Source: the human T2T-CHM13v2.0 reference genome, Homo sapiens. Taken from it: a stretch of DNA of 64,000 bases. The DNA lies in NCBI RefSeq assembly GCF_009914755.1, contig NC_060933.1; one strand, written 5' to 3'. The notes under the pieces were generated by a model that saw nothing but the letters and a program-made list of their open reading frames with translations, did not search any database and was not told the DNA's origin. Within the stretch, counting starts at the first letter, position 1; each line of letters starts with the position of its first letter. Position numbers and translations under genes: made by a program. Shown in pieces: positions 42,101-54,480 of the stretch.

Positions 42101-43451
42101 GGAATGGAATGGAATGGAATGGAATGGAATGGAACGGAAAGGAAGGGAATGGAATGGAATAGAATGGAATGGAATGGAATCAACGCGAGTGCAGGGGAAT
42201 GGAATGGAATGGAATGCAGTGGAATGGAATCTTCCGGAACGGAATGGAATGGAATGGAATGGAATTTAATGGAATAGAATGGAATCAACCCGAGTGCAAT
42301 GGAATGGAGTGGAATGGAATGGAATGGAATGGAACAACCCGATGGAATGGAATGTAATGGAGAGTAAGGGAGTTGAATAGAATCAATCCGAATGTAATGG
42401 AATGGAATGGAACGGAATGGAATTGACTGGAATGGAATGGAATGCAATGGAATGGAATCAACCCGAGTGCAATGGAATGGAGAGGAATGGAATGGAATGG
42501 AATGGAAACTACCCGAATGGAATGGAATGTAATGGAGTGTAAGGGAATTGAATAGAATCAATCCGAATGTAATGGAATGGAATGGAATGGAATGGAATGG
42601 AATGGAATGGAATGCAATGGAATGGAATGGAATGCAATGGAATGGAATCAACCCGAGTGCAATCGAATGGAATCGAATGGAATGGAATGCAATGGAATGG
42701 ATTCAACTTGAATGGAATGGAAAGAATGGAATCAACACGAGTGGAATGGCATGGATTGGAATGAAATGGAATGGAATCAACCCGAGTACAGGGGAATGGA
42801 ATGGAATGGAATGCAATGGAATGGAATCATCCGTAATGGAATGGAAAGGAATGGAATGGAATGGAATGGAATGGAATGGAATGGAATGGAATCAACTCGA
42901 TTGCAATCGAATGGAATGGAATGGAATTAACCCGAATAGAATGGAATGGAATGGAATGGAACGGAACGGAATGGAATGGAATGGAATGGAATGGAATGGA
43001 ACGGAACGGAATGGAATGGAATGGAATGGAATGGAATGGAATGGAATCAACGCGAGTGCAGGGGAATGGAATGGAATGGAATGCAATGGAATGGAATCTT
43101 CCGGAATGGAATGGAATGGAATGGAATGGAATGGAATGGAATGGAATCAACCCGAGTGCAATGGAATGGAGTGGAATGGAATGGAATGGAATGGAACAAC
43201 CCGAATGGAATGGAATATAATGGAGAGTAAGGGAGTTGAATAGAATCAATCCGAATGTAATGGAATGGAATGGAACGGAATGGAATTGAATGGAATGGAA
43301 TGGAATGCAATGGAATGGAATCAACCCGAGTGCAATGGAATGGAGAGGAATGGAATGGAATGGAATGGAACTGAATGGAATGGAATGGAATGGAATCACC
43401 TCGAGTGCAGGGGAATGGAATGGAATGGAATGCAATGGAATGGAATCTTCC
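33144..43451 (+). repeat. ~10.3-kb higher-order repeat, copy 4 (10,308 bp; most divergent in its distal half)
   Basis: Same landmark order. After TCTTCCGG at ~43446 the sequence continues as ...TGAAATGCAATGGATTCAACTCG rather than CAACCTGATTGC, which marks the end of the HOR. Confidence 0.93.
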
Positions 43452-46400
43452 GGAATGGAATGGAATGGAATGGAATGGAATGGAATGGAATGGAACGGAA
43501 TGAAATGCAATGGATTCAACTCGATTGCAATGGAATGGAATAGAATGGAATGGAATGGAATGGAATGGAATGGAATGGAATTAATCCGAATACAATGGAA
43601 TGGAATGGAATGGAATGGAATGGAATGGAATGGAATGGTATGGAATGGAATGGAATGGTACGGAATAGAATGTAATGGAACGGAATGCAATGGAATGGAA
43701 TCATCCGGAATGGAATGGAATGGAATGGAATCAACCCGAGTGCAATGGAATGGAGTGGAATGGAATGGAATGGAATGGAACAACCCGAATGGAATGGAAT
43801 GTAATGGAGAGTAAGGGAGTTTAATAGAATCAATCCGAATGTAATGGAATGGAATGCAACGGAATGGAGTGGAATGGAATGGAATGGAATGCAATGGAAT
43901 TGAATCAACCGGAGTACAATTGAATGGAATGGAATGGAATGGAATGGAATGGAATGGAATGGAATGATACGGAATGGAATGGAATGGAACGAAATGGCAT
44001 GGAATGGAATGGAATGGAATGGAATGGAATGGAATGGAATGGAATGGAATCATTCCGAGGGGAATAGGAGGGAATGTATTCGAGTGGAATGGAAAGGAAT
44101 TGAATCAACCAGAGTGGAATGGAAGGGAATGGAATGGAATGGAAACTAATAGAATGGAATCAACCCGAGTGGAATGGAATGGAAATGACTGGAATGGAAT
44201 GGAATGGAATGGAATGGAATCAACTCGATTGTAATGGAATGGAATGGAATGGAATGGAATGGAATTAACACGAATACAATGGAATGGAATGGAATGGAAC
44301 GGAATGGAGTGGAATGGAATGGAATCAACCCGAGTGCAGGGGAATGGAATGGAATGGAATGCAATGGAATGGAATCACCCGGAATGGAATGGAATGGAAT
44401 GGAATGCAAAGCAATGGAATCAACTCGATTGCAATGGAATGGAATGGAATGGAAAGGAATACGTTGGAATCAACCCGAGTGGAATGGAATGGAAAGGACT
44501 GGAATGGAGTGGAATGGAATGGAATGGAATGGAATGGAATCAACTCGATTGGAATGGAATGGAATGGAATGGAATGGAATGGAATGGAATGGAATTAACC
44601 CGAATAGAATGGAATGGAATGGAATGGAACGGAACGGAATGGAATGGAATGGAATGGAATGGAATGGAAACAACCCGACTGCAGGGGAATGGAATGGAAT
44701 GGAATGCAATGGAATGGATTCAACTTGAATGGAATGGAAAGAATGGAATCAACACGAGTGGAATGGCATGGATTGGAATGGAATGGAATGGAATCAACCC
44801 GAGTACAGGGGAATGGAATGGAATGGAATGCAATGGAATGGAATCATCCGTAATGGAATGGAAAGGAATGGAATGGAATGGAATGGCATGGAATGGAATC
44901 AACTCGATTGCAATTGAACGGAATGGAATGGAATTAACCCGAATAGAATGGAATGGAATGGAATGGAACGGAACGGAACGGAATGGAATGGATTGGAATG
45001 GAACGGAATGGAATGGAATGGAACGGAAAGGAATGGAATGGAATGGAATGGAATGGAATGGAATGGAATGGAATCAACGCGAGTGCAGGGGAATGGAATG
45101 GAATGGAATGCAATGGAATGGAATCTTCCGGAATGGAATGGAATGGAATGGAATGGAATGGAATGGAATGGAATCAACCCGAGTGCAATGGAATGGAGTG
45201 GAATGGAATGGAATGGAATGGAACAACCCGAATGGAATGGAATGTAATGGAGAGTAAGAGAGTTGAATAGAATCAATCCGAATGTAATGGAATGGAATGG
45301 AACGGAATGGAATTGAATGGAATGGAATGGAATGCAATGGAATGGAATCAACCCGAGTGCAATGGAATGGAGAGGAATGGAATGGAATGGAATGGTACTG
45401 AATGGAATGGAATGGAATGGAATCACCTCGAGTGCAGGGGAATGGAATTGAATGGAATGCAATGGAATGGAATCTTCCGGAATGGAATGGAATGGAATGG
45501 AATGGAATGGAATGGAATGAAATGCAATGGATTCAACTCGATTGCAATGGAATGGAATAGAATGGAATGGAATGGAATGGAATGGAATGGAATTAATCCG
45601 AATAGAATGGAATGGAATGGAATGGAATGGAATGGAATGGAATGGAATGGAATGGAATGGTATGGAATGGAATGGTATGGAATGGAATGGAATGGAATGC
45701 AATGGAATGGAATCAACCCGAGTGCAATGGAATGGAGAGGAATGGAATGGAATGGAATGCAAACTACCCGAATGGAATGGAATGTAATGGAGTCTAAGGG
45801 AATTGAATACAATCAATCCGAATGTAATGGAATGGAATGGAACGGAATGGAATGGAATGGAATGGAATGGAATGGAATGGAATGGAATGCAGTGGAATGG
45901 AATCAACCCGACTGCAATCGAATGGAATCGAATGGAATGGAATGCAATGGAATGGATTCAACTTGAATGGAATGGAAAGAATGGAATCAACACGAGTGGA
46001 ATGGCATGGATTGGAATGGAATGGAATGGAATCAACCCGAGTACAGGGGAATGGAATGGAATGGAATGCAATGGAATGGAATCATCCGTAATGGAATGGA
46101 AAGGAATGGAATGGAATGGAATGGAATGGAATGGAATGGAATCAACTCGATTGCAATCGAATGGAATGGAATGGAATTAACCCGAATAGAATGGAATGGA
46201 ATGGAATGGAACGGAACGGATTGGAATGGAATGGAATGGAATGGAATGGAATGGAACGGAAAGGAAGGGAGTGGAATGGAATAGAATGGAATGGAATGGA
46301 ATCAACGCGAGTGCAGGGGAATAGAATGGAATGGAATGCAATGGAATGGAATCTTCCGGAATGGAATGGAAAGGAATGGAATGGAATGGAATGGAATCAA

Positions 46401-46544
46401 CCCGAGTGCAATGGAATGGAGTGGAATGGAATGGAATGGAATGGAACAACCCGAATGGAATGGAATGTAATGGAGAGTAAGGGAGTTGAATAGAATCAAT
46501 CCGAATGTAATGGAATGGAATGGAACGGAATGGAATTGAATGGA

Positions 46545-49500
46545 ATGGAATGGAATGCAATGGAATGGAATCAACCCGAGTGCAATGGAATGGAGAGGAA
46601 TGGAATGGAATGCAATGGAAACTACCCGAATCGAATGTAATGGAGTGTAAGGGAATTGAATAGAATCAATCCGAATGTAATGGAATGGAATGGAACGGAA
46701 TGGAATGGAATGGAATGGAATGGAATGGAATGCAATGGAATGGAATCAACCCGAGTGCAATCAAATGGAATCGAATGGAATGGAATGCAATGGAATGGAT
46801 TCAACTTGAATGGAATGGAAAGAATGGAATCAACACGAGTGGAATGGCATGGATTGGAATGGAATGGAATGGAATCAACCCGAGTACAGGGGAATGGAAT
46901 GGAATGGAATGCAATGGAATGGAATCAACCGTAATGGAATGGAAAGGAATGGAATGGAATGGAATGGAATGGAATGGAATGGAATGGAATCAACTCGATT
47001 GCCATCGAATGGAATGGAATGGAATTAACCCGAATAGAATGGAATGGAATGGAATGGAACGGAACGGAATGGAATGGAATGGAATGGAATGGAATGGAAT
47101 GGAATGGAACGGAACGGAATGGAATGGAATGGAATGGAATGGAATCAACGCGAGTGCAGGGGAATGGAATGGAATGGAATGCAATGGAATGGAATCTTCC
47201 GGAATGGAATGGAATGGAATGGAATGGAATGAAATGCAATGGATTCAACTCGATTGCAATGGAATGGAATAGAATGGAATGGAATGGAATGGAATTAATC
47301 CGAATAGAATGGAATGGAATGCAATGGAACGGAATGGAACGGAATGGAATGGAATGGAATGGAATGGAATTGTATGGAACGGAATGGAATGGTACGGAAT
47401 AGAATGGAATGGAACGAATTGTAATGGAATGGAATTGAATGGAATGGAATGGAATGGAATGGAATCAACGCGAGTGCAGGGGAATGTAATGGAAAGGAAT
47501 GCAATGGAATGGAATCATCCGGAATGGAATGGAATGGAATGGAATGGAATGGAATCAACCCGAGTGCAATGGAATGGAGTGGAATGGAATGGAATGGAAT
47601 GGAACAACCCGAATGGAATGGAATGTAATGGAGAGTAAGGGAGTTGAATAGAATCAATCCGAATGTAATGGAATGGAATGCAACGGAATGGAATGGAATG
47701 GAATGGAATGGAATGCAATGGAATTGAATCAACCCGAGTACAATGGAATGGAATGGAATGGAATGGAATGGAATGGAATGGAATGATACGGAATAGAATG
47801 GAATGGAACGAAATGGAATGGAATGGAATGGAATGGAATGGAATGGAATGGAATGGAATGGAATCGTTCCGAGTGGAATATGAGGGAATGTATTCGAGTG
47901 GAATGGAAAGGAATGGTATCAACCAGAGTGGAATGGAAGGGAATGGAATGGAATGGAAACTAATAGAATGGAATCAACCCGAGTGGAATGGAAAGGAAAG
48001 GACTGGAATGGAATGGAATGGAATGGAATCAACTCGATTGTAATGGAATGGAATGGAATGGAATGGAATGCAATGGAATGGAATCAACCCGAGTGCAATG
48101 GAATGGAGAGGAATGGAATGGAATGCAATGGAAACTACCCGAATCGAATGTAATGGAGTGTAAGGGAATTGAATAGAATCAATCCGAATGTAATGGAATG
48201 GAATGGAACGGAATGGATTGGAATGGAATGGAATGGAATGGAATGCAATGGAATGGAATCAACCCGAGTGCAATCAAATGGAATCGAATGGAATGGAATG
48301 CAATGGAATGGATTCAACTTGAATGGAATGGAAAGAATGGAATCAACACGAGTGGAATGGCATGGATTGGAATGGAATGGAATGGAATCAACCCGAGTAC
48401 AGGGGAATGGAATGGAATGGAATGCAATGGAATGGAATCAACCGTAATGGAATGGAAAGGAATGGAATGGAATGGAATGGAATGGAATGGAATGGAATGG
48501 AATCAACTCGATTGCCATCGAATGGAATGGAATGGAATTAACCCGAATAGAATGGAATGGAATGGAATGGAACGGAACGGAATGGAATGGAATGGAATGG
48601 AATGGAATGGAATGGAATGGAACGGAACGGAATGGAATGGAATGGAATGGAATGGAATCAACGCGAGTGCAGGGGAATGGAATGGAATGGAATGCAATGG
48701 AATGGAATCTTCCGGAATGGAATGGAATGGAATGGAATGGAATGAAATGCAATGGATTCAACTCGATTGCAATGGAATGGAATAGAATGGAATGGAATGG
48801 AATGGAATTAATCCGAATAGAATGGAATGGAATGCAATGGAACGGAATGGAACGGAATGGAATGGAATGGAATGGAATGGAATTGTATGGAACGGAATGG
48901 AATGGTACGGAATAGAATGGAATGGAACGAATTGTAATGGAATGGAATTGAATGGAATGGAATGGAATGGAATGGAATCAACGCGAGTGCAGGGGAATGT
49001 AATGGAAAGGAATGCAATGGAATGGAATCATCCGGAATGGAATGGAATGGAATGGAATGGAATGGAATCAACCCGAGTGCAATGGAATGGAGTGGAATGG
49101 AATGGAATGGAATGGAACAACCCGAATGGAATGGAATGTAATGGAGAGTAAGGGAGTTGAATAGAATCAATCCGAATGTAATGGAATGGAATGCAACGGA
49201 ATGGAATGGAATGGAATGGAATGGAATGCAATGGAATTGAATCAACCCGAGTACAATGGAATGGAATGGAATGGAATGGAATGGAATGGAATGGAATGAT
49301 ACGGAATAGAATGGAATGGAACGAAATGGAATGGAATGGAATGGAATGGAATGGAATGGAATGGAATGGAATGGAATGGAATCGTTCCGAGTGGAATAGG
49401 AGGGAATGTATTCGAGTGGAATGGAAAGGAATGGTATCAACCAGAGTGGAATGGAAGGGAATGGAATGGAATGGAAACTAATAGAATGGAATCAACCCGA

Positions 49501-49580
49501 GTGGAATGGAAAGGAAAGGACTGGAATGGAATGGAATGGAATGGAATCAACTCGATTGTAATGGAATGGAATGGAATGGA
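46545..49580 (+). repeat. Two-copy tandem duplication, unit ~1513-1518 bp
   Basis: Shared rare words at offset 1513: ACTACCCGAATCGAAT 46621/48134 and GCCATCGAAT 47001/48514. ORFs 46656/48169 and 47279/48792 are paired. The offset becomes 1518 at the 3' end (CAACTCGATTGTAAT 48030/49548). Confidence 0.92.
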
Positions 49581-50564
49581 ATGGAATGGAATGGAATGGA
49601 ATGGAATGGAATTAACCCGAATAAAATGGAATGGAATGGAATGGAACGGAATGGAGTGGAATGGAATGGAATCAACCCGAGTGCAGGGGAATGGAATGGA
49701 ATGGAATGCAATGGAATGGAATCATCCGGAATGGAATGGAATGGAATGGAATGCAAAGCAATGGAATCAACTCGATTGCAATGGAATGGAATGGAATGGA
49801 AAGGAATACAATGGAATCAACCCGAGTGGAATGGAATGGAAAGTACTGGAATGGAGTGGAATGGAATGGAATGGAATGGAATGGAATCAACTCGATTGGA
49901 ATGGAATGGAATAGAATGGAATGGAATTAACCCGAATACAATGGAATGGAATGGAATGGAACGGAACGGATTGGAATGGAATGGAATGGAATGGAATGGA
50001 ACGGAATGGAATCAACCCGACTGCAGGGGAATGGAATGGAATGGAAGGCAATGGAATGGATTCAACTTGAATGGAATGGAAAGAATGGAATCAACACGAG
50101 TGGAATGGCATGGATTGGAATGGAATGGAATGGAATCAACCCGAGTACAGGGGAATGGAATGGAATGGAATGCAATGGAATGGAATCATCCGTAATGGAA
50201 TGGAAAGGAATGGAATGGAATGGAATGGAATGGAATGGAATGGAATCAACTCGATTGCAATCGAATGGAATGAAATGGAATTAACCCGAATACAATGGAA
50301 CGGAATGGAATGGAACGGAAAGGAACGGAATGGAACGGAACGGAGTGGAATGGAATGGAATGGAATTGTATGGAATGGTATGGCATGGTACGGAATAGAA
50401 TGGAATGGAAAGAATTGGAATGGAATGGAATAGAATGGAATGGAATGGAATGGAATGGAATCAACCCGAGTGCAGGGGAATGTAATGGAAAGGAATGCAA
50501 TGGAATGGAATCATCCGGAATGGAATGGAATGGAATGGAATGGAATGGAATGGAATGGAATGGA

Positions 50565-52950
50565 ATCAACCCGAGTGCAATGGAATGGAGTGGAATGGAA
50601 TGGAATGGAATGGAACAACCCGAATGGAATGGAATGTAATGGAGAGTAAGGGAGTTGAATAGAATCAATCCGAATGTAATGGAATGGAACGGAATGGAAT
50701 GGAATGGAATGGAATGGAATGGAATGGAATGCAATGGAATGGGATCAACCCGAGTACAATGGAACGGAATGGAATGGAATGTAATGGAATGGAATGGAAT
50801 GGAATGGAATGGAATGGAATGGAATGGAATCAACCCGAGTGCAATGGAATGGAGAGGAATGGAATGGAATGGAATGGAAACTACCCGAATGGAATGGAAT
50901 GTAATGGAGCGTAAGGGAATTGAATAGAATCAATCCGAATGGAATGGAATGGAATGGAACGGAATGTAATGGAATGGAATGAAATGGAATCAACCCGAGT
51001 GCAGGCGAATGGAATGGAATGGAATGCAATGGAATGGAATCATCCGGAATGGAATGGAATGGAATGCAATGGAATGGAATGGAATGGAATCAACCCGAGT
51101 GCAATGGAATGGAGTGAAATGGAATGGAATGGAATGGAAACAACCAGAATGGATTGGAATATATTGGAGTGTAAGGGAATTGAATAGAATCAATCTGAAT
51201 GTAATGAAATGGAATGGAACGGAATGGAATGGAATGGAATGGAATGCAATGGAATGGTATCAACCCGAGTGCAATTGAATGGAATCGAATGGAATGGAAT
51301 GCAATGGAATGGATTCAACTTGAATGGAAAGGAAAGAATGGAATCAACACGAGTGGAATGGCATGGATTGGAATGGAATGGAATGGAATCAACCCGAGTA
51401 CAGGGGAATGGAATGGAATGGAATGCAATAGAATGGAATCATCAGTAATGGAATGGAAAGGAATGGAAAGGACTGGAATGGAATTGAATGTAATGGAATG
51501 GAATGGAATCAACTCGATTGCAATCGAATGGTATGGAATGGAATGGAATCAACTCGATTGCAATCGAATGGAATGGAATGGAATTAACCCGAATAGAATG
51601 GAATGGAATGGTATGGAACGGAACGGAATGGAATGGAATGGAATGGAATGGAAGGGAAAGGAATGGAATGGAAAGGAATGGAATGGAATGGAATCAACGC
51701 GCGTGCAGGGGAATGGAATGGAATCGAATGGAATGGAAAGGAATGGAATGGAATCAACCCGAGTGCAGGGGAATGTAATGGAACGGAATGCAATGGCATG
51801 GAATCATCCGGAATGGAATGGAATGGAATCAACCCGAGTGCAATGGAATGGAGTGGAATGGAATGGAATGGAATGGAACAACCCGAATGGAATGGAATGT
51901 AATGGAGAGTAAGGGAGTTGAAAAGAATCAATCCGAATGTAATGGAATGGAATGGAACGGAATGGAATGGAATGGAATGGAATGCAATGGAATGGAATCA
52001 ACCCGAGTACAATGGAATGGAATGGAATGGAATGGAATGGAATGGAATGGAATGCAATGGAATGCAATCTTCCGGAATGGAATGGAATGGAATGGAATGG
52101 AATGCAATGGATTCAACTCGATTGCAATGGAATGGAATAGAATGGAATGGAATGGAATGGAATGGAATGGAATTAAACCGAATAGAATGCAATGGAATGG
52201 AATGGAACGGAACAGAACGGAAAGGAACGGAACGGAGTGGAATGGAATGGAATGGAATTGTATGGAATGGAATGGAATGGTACGGAATAGAATGGAATGG
52301 AAAGAATTGGAATGGAATGGAATCGAATGGAATGGAATGGAATGGAATGGAATCAACCCGAGTGCAAGGGAGTGTAATGGAACGGAATGCAATGGAATGG
52401 AATCATCCGGAATGGAATGGAATGGAATGGAATGGAATGGAATGGAATGGAATCAACCCGAGCGCAATGGAATGGAGTGGAATGGAATGGAATGGAATGG
52501 AACAACCCGAATGGAATGGAATGTAATGGAGAGTAAGGGAGTTGAATAGAATCAATCCGAATGTAATGGAATGGAACGGAATGGAATGGAATGGAATGGA
52601 ATGGAATGGAATGGAATGGAATGGAATGCAATGGAATGGAATCAACCCGAGTACAAAGGAACGGAATGGAATGGAATGGAATGGAATGGAATGGAATGGA
52701 ATGGAATCAACCCAAGTGCAATGGAATGGAGAGGAATGGAATGGAATGGAATGCAATGGAATGGAATCATCCGGAATGGAATGGAATGGAATGGAATGCA
52801 AAGCAATGGAATCAACTCGATTGCAATGGAATGGAATGGAATGGAAAGGAATACATTGGAATCAACCCGAGTGGAATGGAATGGAAAGGACTGGAATGGA
52901 GTGGAATGGAATGGAATGGAATGGAATGGAATCAACTCGATTGGAATGGA
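50565..52950 (+). repeat. Dispersed duplication, copy A (partner ~60634-63000, offset ~10.07 kb)
   Basis: Private words GCAGGCGAAT 51001/61074, ATATTGGAGT 51161/61234, CAACGCGCGTGC ~51695/61776 and ACAGAACGG ~52212/62288. Confidence 0.88.
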
Positions 52951-53409
52951 ATGGAATGGAATGGAATGGAATGGAATTAACCAAAATAGAATGGAATGGA
53001 ATGGAATGGGACGGATCGGAATGGAATGGAATGGAAGGGAATGGAATGGAATGGAAACAACCCGACTGCAGGGGAATGGAATGGAATGGAATGGAATGGA
53101 AGGATACGGAATAGAATGGAATGGAACGGAATGGAATGGAATGGAATGGAATGGAATGGAATCGTTCCGAGTGGAATAGGAGGGAATGTATTCGAGTGGA
53201 ATGGAAAGGAATGGAATCAACCAGAGTGGAATGGAAGTTAATGGAATGGAATGGAAACTAATAGAATGGAATCAACCCGAGTGGAATGGAATGGAAAGGA
53301 CTGGAATGGAATGGAATGGAATGGAATCAACTAGATTGGAATGGAATGGAATGGAATGGAATGGAATGGAATGGAATGGAATGGAATTAACCCGAATACA
53401 ATGCAATGG

Positions 53410-54480
53410 AATGGAATGGAACGGAATGGAGTGGAATGGAATGGAATCAACCCGAGTGCAGGGGAATGGAATGGAATGGAATGCAATGGAATGGAATCAT
53501 CCGGAATGGAATGGAATGGAATGGAATGCAAAGCAATGGAATCAACTCGATTGCAATGGAATGGAATGGAATGGAAAGGAATACATTGGAATCAACCCGA
53601 GTGGAATGGAATGGAAAGGACTGGAATGGAGTGGAATGGAATGGAATGGAATGGAATGGAATCAACTCGATTGGAATGGAATGGAATGGAATGGAATGGA
53701 ATGGAATGGAATTAACCCGAATAGAATGGAATGGAACGGAATGGAATGGAACGGAATGGAATGGAATGGAATGGAATGGAATGGAAACAACCCGACAGCA
53801 GGGGAATGGAATGGAATGGAATGGAAACAACCCGACTGCAGGGGAATGGAATGGAATGGAATGCAAAGGAATGGATTCAACTTGAATGAAATGGAAAGAA
53901 TGGAATCAACACGAGTGGAATGGCATGGATTGGAATGGAATGGAATGGAATCAACCCGAGTACAGAGGAATGGAATGGGATGGAATGCAATGGAATGGAA
54001 TCATCCGTAATGGAATGGAAAGGAATGGAATGGAATGGAATGGAATGGAATGGAATCAACTCGATTGCAATCGAACGGAATGGAATGGAATTAACCCGAA
54101 TAGAATGGAATGGAATGGAATGGAACGGAACGGAACGGAATGGAATGGATTGGAATGGAATGGAATGGAATGGAACGGAAAGGAATGGAATGGAATGGAA
54201 TGGAATGGAATGGAATCAACGCGAGTGCAGGGGAATGGAATGGAATGGAATGCAATGGAATGGAATCTTCCGGAATGGAATGGAATGGAATGGAATGGAA
54301 TGGAATTGAATGGAATCAACCCGATTGCAATGGAATGGAGTGGAATGGAATGGAATGGAATGGAACAACCCGAATGGAATGGAATGTAATGGAGAGTAAG
54401 GGAGTTGAATAGAATCAATCCGAATGTAATGGAATGGAATGGAACGGAATGGAATTGAATGGAATGGAATGGAATGCAAT
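53410..54480 (+). repeat. Dispersed duplication (partner ~58870-59960, offset ~5470)
   Basis: CCCGACAGCAGGGG 53791/59261, TACAGAGGAA 53961/59431 and TCGAACGGAA 54071/59541. Confidence 0.85.
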
